The notes under the pieces are model-generated. The model was given only the letters and a program-made list of their open reading frames with translations. It did not search any database and had not been told where the DNA came from. A stretch of DNA of 64,000 nucleotides. It comes from an uncultured virus (IMG/VR IMGVR_UViG_3300032229_000206). Its lineage: Duplodnaviria > Heunggongvirae > Uroviricota > Caudoviricetes. The DNA lies in IMG/VR virus record IMGVR_UViG_3300032229_000206. One strand, given 5' to 3'. Position 1 is the stretch's first letter; each line of letters opens with the position of its first letter. Shown one piece after another: positions 58,181-64,000 of the stretch. Made by a program: the position numbers and the translations under genes.

Positions 58181-58973
58181 ATAGACGAAACAAATCTAAC
58201 AAGGACAGTGGTAGGAAGATATCTTCTCCACATGCCTTACAAGCCTTGGTCACCTCCCCAAGGCGAGGGCCTGGGTTACGCTTAAGAATTTCATCTACAA
58301 TCTTGTTTCTATCAGCCATGCCTAAAGACAAAGCTGTTCCTGAACCTACTGATGGATATCCGTCTAGTGAAACAATGCATCCAGATAGTAACAAGGTGTT
58401 AAGCTCAGCTGGAGTCTTGTCATAGTTCTCCATCAATCGCTTTTGTGTAATACCGTTAGGTAAAGACACTGTTACTACACCAGCTTTGGTTTCCATATTC
58501 CATTCTCTATCTTGAATTGGGTCAGATAGTGTTGGAGTTGGAACATCAGAAGTTAGGTCTAAAGTTGTAATGTGTTCATCTGAGCAGTTGCTGCAACGAA
58601 CCATTAGCTCTGTAGTTTGACCAAAAGTTACTCTTCTAATACCTAAAAGAATTGCGTCTCTGTCTCCAGATAGCAAAGTGTCTAGGTCGTCGCTAGTAGC
58701 TTTGTTAGGGCCAATCTTTACTAACCCTCTTTGCAAGAGAACATTAAGAGCTTTGCCTGAAGAACCAGCTTTAGCAACTGCCTCTTCGTCAGCTCCAGTG
58801 AGCTCTCTAACTTCTGCTGTAGTGTGCAACTCACCATTTTGGTCAATATGCCCACCAGGTAGTTTTACTTCTGACTCTGAAGGGGCCCGCGTCTTAATGA
58901 CTTGTGCGGGCTCCTCCATCGCCTTTGCTGCAAACTGTTCGATAAGTTGTGCGTCGGTAATGATGTCGGACAT
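58179..58973 (-). CDS. Tail assembly chaperone / baseplate hub assembly protein (T4 gp26-like)
   Basis: VRELTGADEE, GDRDAILLGIR..TFG, two CxxC; between tube and tape measure. Confidence 0.75.
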   Translation of the reverse strand: MSDIITDAQLIEQFAAKAMEEPAQVIKTRAPSESEVKLPGGHIDQNGELHTTAEVRELTGADEEAVAKAGSSGKALNVLLQRGLVKIGPNKATSDDLDTLLSGDRDAILLGIRRVTFGQTTELMVRCSNCSDEHITTLDLTSDVPTPTLSDPIQDREWNMETKAGVVTVSLPNGITQKRLMENYDKTPAELNTLLLSGCIVSLDGYPSVGSGTALSLGMADRNKIVDEILKRNPGPRLGEVTKACKACGEDIFLPLSLLDLFRL

Positions 58974-59004
58974 ATTATTCTCCTTTTAATATTTAGTAGT
59001 CGTA

Positions 59005-59649
59005 TTATACAGGCTTGTAAGCGTCTGAACCAGTTCCACCCTTTGTGAATGCAACTGACAAACCTTCGTGTACAACTGACATAGATTCAAAAAGAATCGC
59101 TCCGTCAGCAGCATTTAGGTCTGTGTAATTAAGTGTAGAAATCCACGCATTGTGAACAGTGAATACCATCTTCTCTACGTTCTTATCAGATGCACCTGGG
59201 GAACTTAAGTGGTCCATAACATAGATGTTGATGTCTACACGGAAGCTCTTTGCATTTGTAGCACTACGAAGACCTTCTCCAGATACTGCGCCAAATAGGC
59301 CGCGCATCCATGTTTGAGCCTGGTCATTTCCGTAAAGAACACCACGCTGGAAAGTGATAGGTGTGAAAGTTGTCATTCCAGGAATCTGGTGAACAGTGGT
59401 GTTGTAGCCACCTTCACGATACTGGATAGACTGAGTGTTAATGCTTAGCCCAGAAATTTGGCTAAAGCCACCTTGCCAACCTTTAGACTTACCTGTAGTA
59501 GGAAGTGTCTTGTCGTCTGTGGTAGTAATTCGGTCGTCAAATACAGCGTTGCTTCCACGAACTACAAAGTCCGCGTAGAACCTAAACGAGCGAAGCGGGT
59601 CAGACGCTAATGTGGAAAAGCGATTTATGATACTAGCTTGATTTGGCAT
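59005..59649 (-). CDS. Tail tube protein (T4 gp19-like)
   Basis: DPLRSFRF, GFSQISGL, YREGG, PG.T.F.PITFQRG, NAW. Confidence 0.92.
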   Translation of the reverse strand: MPNQASIINRFSTLASDPLRSFRFYADFVVRGSNAVFDDRITTTDDKTLPTTGKSKGWQGGFSQISGLSINTQSIQYREGGYNTTVHQIPGMTTFTPITFQRGVLYGNDQAQTWMRGLFGAVSGEGLRSATNAKSFRVDINIYVMDHLSSPGASDKNVEKMVFTVHNAWISTLNYTDLNAADGAILFESMSVVHEGLSVAFTKGGTGSDAYKPV

Positions 59650-59663
59650 TTATTGGGTCTCCT

Positions 59664-61166
59664 TTACGCCACAGTAACGGTGGTTCCACCGTCAAACTGA
59701 CCAATTTTAATTACAACAAATTCAGCTGGACGCTGTAGAGCAACGCCAACTTCAATGTTAACTTCTCCGTTATCGATAGAGTATTGAGGATTATTCTCAT
59801 TATCTACCTTTACAAAGAATGCTTGGCTTGGGGTAGCGCCACGTAAGCCACCTTGTGACCAAAACTCTGTTAAGAAGCTAGAGACTGCTGCGTCAATTCG
59901 ACGCCATAGAGCTTCATCATTTGGCTCAAAAATTGCAAACTGTGTAAGGTCTGTAAGAGACTTACGTAGATAAATAAGTGTGCGACGTACTGGGACGTAC
60001 TTATCTACATACCCTGTCTTAAGGGTACGTGAACCCATAACTACATAGCCAGAACCAGGTACAAATTTAATTGCGTTTACTGGTGCTGCTGCTGAGTTAA
60101 GTGCATCAAGGTTTGCATTTGTAAGCTGACGTGTTGATACAACACCAGCAAGACGTGCAGTCAAACCAGCAGGGGCTTTGTAGACTCCACGAGAAGCATC
60201 TGTTGAAGCAATTAGACCTGCTACAGCAGCGCCCGCTCCAACTGTTAGTGTCTGTCCAGAACCAGCTCCAATAGCTAGAGTTGGGTCAGCAATTACTAAT
60301 GGTGGGTAATACACAGCTGCAAGTGATGAAGCTGTATATGTTGCTGTAAGTGATAGTTGATTTAATGGGGTCTGGTCTTGACCATCAACAAGTACAAATA
60401 CATCTTCACGGCTAGCCGCATATGAAATCATTGCATTAACAGTAGCTGCTGATGTTTGACCAGGTGCGTTAAGTACTAGAGATGCAAGAACAGTATCTAG
60501 TGATGTAACTGCAGTAGAGTAGTTAGAAGTTGAAACTGCTCCACCGTTACTTCCAGAAGTTAAAGTCTGGTTAGCTACAACAGCAGGGTTACGTGTAGCA
60601 CCTGTGTTACCTGAGTTAAGGTCTACAAGTCCTACATACTGTGATGCTGAATTTACAGTTGCAATTGCATAACGACTATCTGTAAACGTCATGTTAAGGT
60701 CTGTAAAACGTTCAACAATATTAGCATCTGTAACTCCACCGTAGTAGACAGTTAAATCAAAATAACCTGTTTGAATAGAGTTGGTGATACTGATGTTAAT
60801 ACCATTTCCCCACACACCTTCAGTTTTAGCTGCAATAGCTAAAGTAGCAGATGGAGAAACTGCGCGGTCATTTAAAGAACGAGCAGCTGAAGTTGCAGTG
60901 TTAGCTACACGTACAATATACGCTTGACTTCCACCATTTGAAAAATACATGTAAACAGCAAGAGGAAGTGCATCATCTGCTGTTGTGTTCCAAGAACCAA
61001 ATTTTGAAACATATTGGCTCCAAGATGTTACTAGAGTTGGAGTGCTTACTGGTCCTCTATCGTTTACTCCAATAAAAGCAGCAATAGAGTCAGAGTTAGG
61101 TCCAACAACTGGCTGGATAGGGTTTAGGGTCTCTTCGACGTACACCCCAGGGCGTTGAAATGCCAT
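59664..61166 (-). CDS. Tail sheath protein
   Basis: RPGVYVEE, YFSNGG, RGVYKAPAG, YVPVRR, FEPND, PAEFVV. Confidence 0.95.
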   Translation of the reverse strand: MAFQRPGVYVEETLNPIQPVVGPNSDSIAAFIGVNDRGPVSTPTLVTSWSQYVSKFGSWNTTADDALPLAVYMYFSNGGSQAYIVRVANTATSAARSLNDRAVSPSATLAIAAKTEGVWGNGINISITNSIQTGYFDLTVYYGGVTDANIVERFTDLNMTFTDSRYAIATVNSASQYVGLVDLNSGNTGATRNPAVVANQTLTSGSNGGAVSTSNYSTAVTSLDTVLASLVLNAPGQTSAATVNAMISYAASREDVFVLVDGQDQTPLNQLSLTATYTASSLAAVYYPPLVIADPTLAIGAGSGQTLTVGAGAAVAGLIASTDASRGVYKAPAGLTARLAGVVSTRQLTNANLDALNSAAAPVNAIKFVPGSGYVVMGSRTLKTGYVDKYVPVRRTLIYLRKSLTDLTQFAIFEPNDEALWRRIDAAVSSFLTEFWSQGGLRGATPSQAFFVKVDNENNPQYSIDNGEVNIEVGVALQRPAEFVVIKIGQFDGGTTVTVA

Positions 61167-61205
61167 TTAGATTATCTCCTTTAGATTAGACTGTATAAAC
61201 ATTTA

Positions 61206-61838
61206 TTACAAGATTTGGTAGGCGGAAGGGATATACGTATTGTTTTGAGGAATGTTAATGTTGACAGAAGTAACAGCAAGTATTGCGTTAGCTGCTGTTG
61301 CTGGTGACATCTCACTAACAACCCTTATTGTGTAAACGTTACGAAGCGTACGGCGATTACCTGTCTCTCCGTCTACTGCGTCACGTTTTACAAACCCATC
61401 TAGAAACATTGAACGGTAGCCAACCTCTGTGCCTAATTCATTTGGCACAGCCAGCTTTCCGAACTTAGATGGAAACTTATTAGCCATTTGATAAAGCAAT
61501 GCTCTATCGTGGCGTGGGTTACGGGCATAGGTAGCTACTTGGTATACCAAGTCATATGCAATAGGCATTTCGTACCTGTAAGAAACATTATTTGCTGGAG
61601 CAATAGTTCCTTGATAATCAGTGTCCGACCAGTACCCAGAGTTTTGACGGTCGTTAGCGGGTACGATATCGATTAGGTCTATGGTTGCAAATGGGAACTC
61701 CTGTGCGCGTACTTCAACATCAGGGTATCCAAACCACACTTTTACTGGGCGTGAGGCAACCTTTTCATCCCCTACGGTCATTCCTTGAAGTAAGGTTTTT
61801 AAAGCAAGGTCTTCAGCAACAATAAATGGGTTACCCAT
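61206..61838 (-). CDS. Tail terminator / sheath-proximal protein
   Basis: Immediately upstream of the sheath gene; P.AYDLVYQV. Confidence 0.55.
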   Translation of the reverse strand: MGNPFIVAEDLALKTLLQGMTVGDEKVASRPVKVWFGYPDVEVRAQEFPFATIDLIDIVPANDRQNSGYWSDTDYQGTIAPANNVSYRYEMPIAYDLVYQVATYARNPRHDRALLYQMANKFPSKFGKLAVPNELGTEVGYRSMFLDGFVKRDAVDGETGNRRTLRNVYTIRVVSEMSPATAANAILAVTSVNINIPQNNTYIPSAYQIL

Positions 61839-62310
61839 TAAAACACCTCTGCTTCCATAATAAGATTATCTAGAACTTCTCCGCCTAGAATTTTTGAAGC
61901 GATGCCTTCTGTGCGATACATAAACTTTCTAAGGACAGTCTTAGGAGGAGTAGCGGCATTGCCGTACTCTAAATCTTGAATTTTTTTATCCATATTTTCT
62001 GGGTAGTCTATATTTAAACTGCCTTCAGATAAGGTAACAGATAGGGAATTAGCTACGTCAGCAGGCCATCCTGCAGCTACAGCTAGCTCTCGTAGCTCCA
62101 AAGTAAGCTCTTTGGCAGCAGACTGAGCGTATGATAACGCGAGCTCTTCAGAGCTACTTGTGTCTTTTTCCACGAAGCTTCTTCCTTATAACGTACGCTG
62201 CTAAAGCTCCAGTCCACACTATACGACTGGCAAGTTCTCCAGGAATGTTTTCTGTTATCTGCTCGCGGAATTCGATATCAGACGCTTTGTCTATTTTCTT
62301 ATTCTCGGGC
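61838..62310 (-). CDS. Two small hypothetical (neck-region) proteins (61838-62173, 62154-62310)
   Basis: ORF track; LEYG..PP motif typical of neck/tail completion proteins. Confidence 0.5.
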
Positions 62311-62420
62311 ATGACATCTCCATAGAAGTAGCAAGGTACATCGCAAGGGTAGAGCTTTGAGTCCCGCATGGACTCAATACTAGGATAAAGCAAAGAGGGG
62401 CCTTTCGGCCCCTCAACTAC

Positions 62421-63107
62421 TTACTTCTTTTTGTCATCCTTATCGGACTTCTTAATCTTCTTAATAATCTTGGCGTCAATCTTCTTATCTTCCGCCATAG
62501 TCTTAGGCTTCTTCTTAGCTCCGTGAGCCTTGTCAGCCTTTTCAAACTTAGCCTTTTCGTCCTTGTCAAAGCCAGCCTTCTTAAGCATCTTAGAGTCCTT
62601 TTTCTTATCCTTAGACTCTGTGTACTTGCCCTTCATAAATCCTGCAGCCATTACATGCCCTTCTTTCTTACCATTGAAGACTTCTTACCTTTAGCAGGTG
62701 CAGTCTTTTTAGCGAACTTCTTGTTAGCCGCTTGCAGGGTCTTCATACCGTGCTTGTCTTTTGGCTTACCGCAGCCACAGGTGGCGCACATTACTTCTTC
62801 TTCTTTCGTAGGGCAGCAAAGTCTGAGCCTTCTAGCTTGCCGTCTTTATCAACATCAAGTTTCTTCTGCTTTGGAGACATACCCTTTGGGGCCGCCTTCT
62901 TAGCTACTTTCTTAGCAGCCTTCTTCTTCTTTCCCATACATCCGCATGTAGCACACATTATTTTTTACCAGCTTTCTTTGTAGTAGGTTTTGCAACTTTC
63001 TTCTTGCCAGAGCCTGCAGGGACGCAGTTCGGAACTTTCTTGCCACCCTTATTCTTCATGCCTACTTGAACGTAGCCATCCCAGCAAGGGTTAGTGTCTT
63101 TAGCCAT
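62421..63107 (-). CDS. Four coupled very Lys-rich small proteins (62421-62651, 62651-62791, 62791-62958, 62958-63107)
   Basis: Own translation: MCATCGCGKPK..., MCATCGCMGKKKK...LDVDKDGKLEGSDF, MAKDTNPCWDGY...KVPNCVP; TAATG overlaps. Confidence 0.7.
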
Positions 63108-63109
63108 TA

Positions 63110-63924
63110 TCAAATAACCTTAGAGTAAAGAACAGTTAATGCATTTGCTGGGCTAGTTGTAGCCGCTACAGCGTATAGCTTATCTTCAGCGTTTAAAGTA
63201 ACTGTGTATATGTAGTCTTTATATGCAGGCATGCCTTTATCTGCTCCTGAAGTCGCAAGGGAAGCATCACCAATATAAATTGTGTGGTTTGCATCATTAA
63301 ATACAGTAATCACTGTTGCAGGATTTCCTTCAGGAAGGTTAACAATTAAAGTTGGGGTCGTTCCTACAGTAAAAGATTCGTGTACAAGCGCCATGGTGTC
63401 TCCTAGGATGCGTATTGGGAAAACTGAGGGTCGTTGACCATCTCTTCAGGCATCAACTGAATACATTCTACGCTGAGGATGGTGAACCTGTCTGCCACAA
63501 TGCCACGCTCTTGGATAGCAAACGGGCGATATACCTGACCACGCCAGACCACACGGTCACGGTTGTTAGTATCTGGGCGAAAGATGATGTTAGGAGCAAA
63601 CTTCTGTACATCTTCAATGTTGAAAGTTAAGTGCAAAGTATCAGCGTTGTAGTAACCAACTGCTGAGGTTTTAGCCTCACCCTGCTTAATAACCGCTCTT
63701 ACTACTGGCACTGGGTATGGACCAGTCCAAACCTTGCCACCTACAGAGGATGAGATATCTTGACCAACATCGTAGATAGGGTCTACTGTGGTATTGATTG
63801 CATCAAAAATCCACCACTCAGCATTTGTTCCTACTGGATGCTTTAGGTCTGTGTCAACGCCTTTAAGGATAGCGGTAGTCTCAAAGTCTGCGTCAAAGCG
63901 ACCGCCTGGAGAATGGGCTCTCAT
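63110..63924 (-). CDS. Hypothetical virion protein (63110-63394) and probable head-tail adaptor/neck protein (63403-63924)
   Basis: ORF track; DPIYDVG...DRVVWRGQVY. Confidence 0.55.
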
Positions 63925-64000
63925 TAGACTCCCTGTTTGTAGAACTCTAGGTTACTAAGTAATCTCTCATCTGTAGGGCTAAGCTCTACCGCCTTTTCCC
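63924..64000 (-). CDS. C-terminus of a TPR-type protein (often a glycosyltransferase), partial
   Basis: EKAVELSPTDERLLSNLEFYKQGV*. Confidence 0.45.
   Translation of the reverse strand, partial: EKAVELSPTDERLLSNLEFYKQGV

Noticed and set aside
47894..61838. Extracellular contractile injection system or tailocin
   Set aside because: Embedded with a full phage replication module, tRNAs and neck genes; an ordinary myovirus tail.
17575..64000. Many short + strand ORFs in the ORF track, and minus-strand ORFs within 4.5-15.6 kb
   Set aside because: Antisense shadows of well-supported genes, without SD sequences or recognisable motifs.

Overview
A 64 kb segment of a large contractile-tailed (myovirus-type) phage, most likely infecting Actinobacteria (WhiB, leaderless TANNNT-6nt-ATG promoters). 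There are four blocks. (1) 1-4.3 kb, minus strand: a secreted low-complexity protein and many small, often basic, translationally coupled ORFs. (2) About 4.4-17.4 kb, plus strand: a putative early region built from stereotyped modules. Each module is a long hairpin with conserved GTTTGTG(T/C)TG...CA(A/G)CACAAAC ends, then a perfect DnaA box plus a degenerate second box at fixed helical phase to a sigmaA-type promoter, a 5' leader hairpin, one to three genes and an intrinsic terminator. The genes include DUF932, acidic orphans and a MoxR AAA/VWA pair. (3) 17.6-47.6 kb, minus strand: nucleotide metabolism, replication and recombination (class II RNR, TGT-like/GNAT/HAD/nucleotidyltransferase cluster, phosphoesterase, Hsp20, SpoVS, RuvC, Cas4-like nuclease, WhiB, RecA, PolA, SSB, three tRNAs, SNF2 helicase, dNMP kinase, primase, DnaB, DnaC-like loader, and an initiator with internal iteron-like repeats). 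(4) 47.9-64 kb, minus strand: baseplate, tape measure, chaperone with a likely +1 frameshift, tube, sheath and neck genes. The DnaA-box/hairpin cassette array is the best candidate for an undescribed system. All product calls come from motif recognition by eye; no database searches were run.
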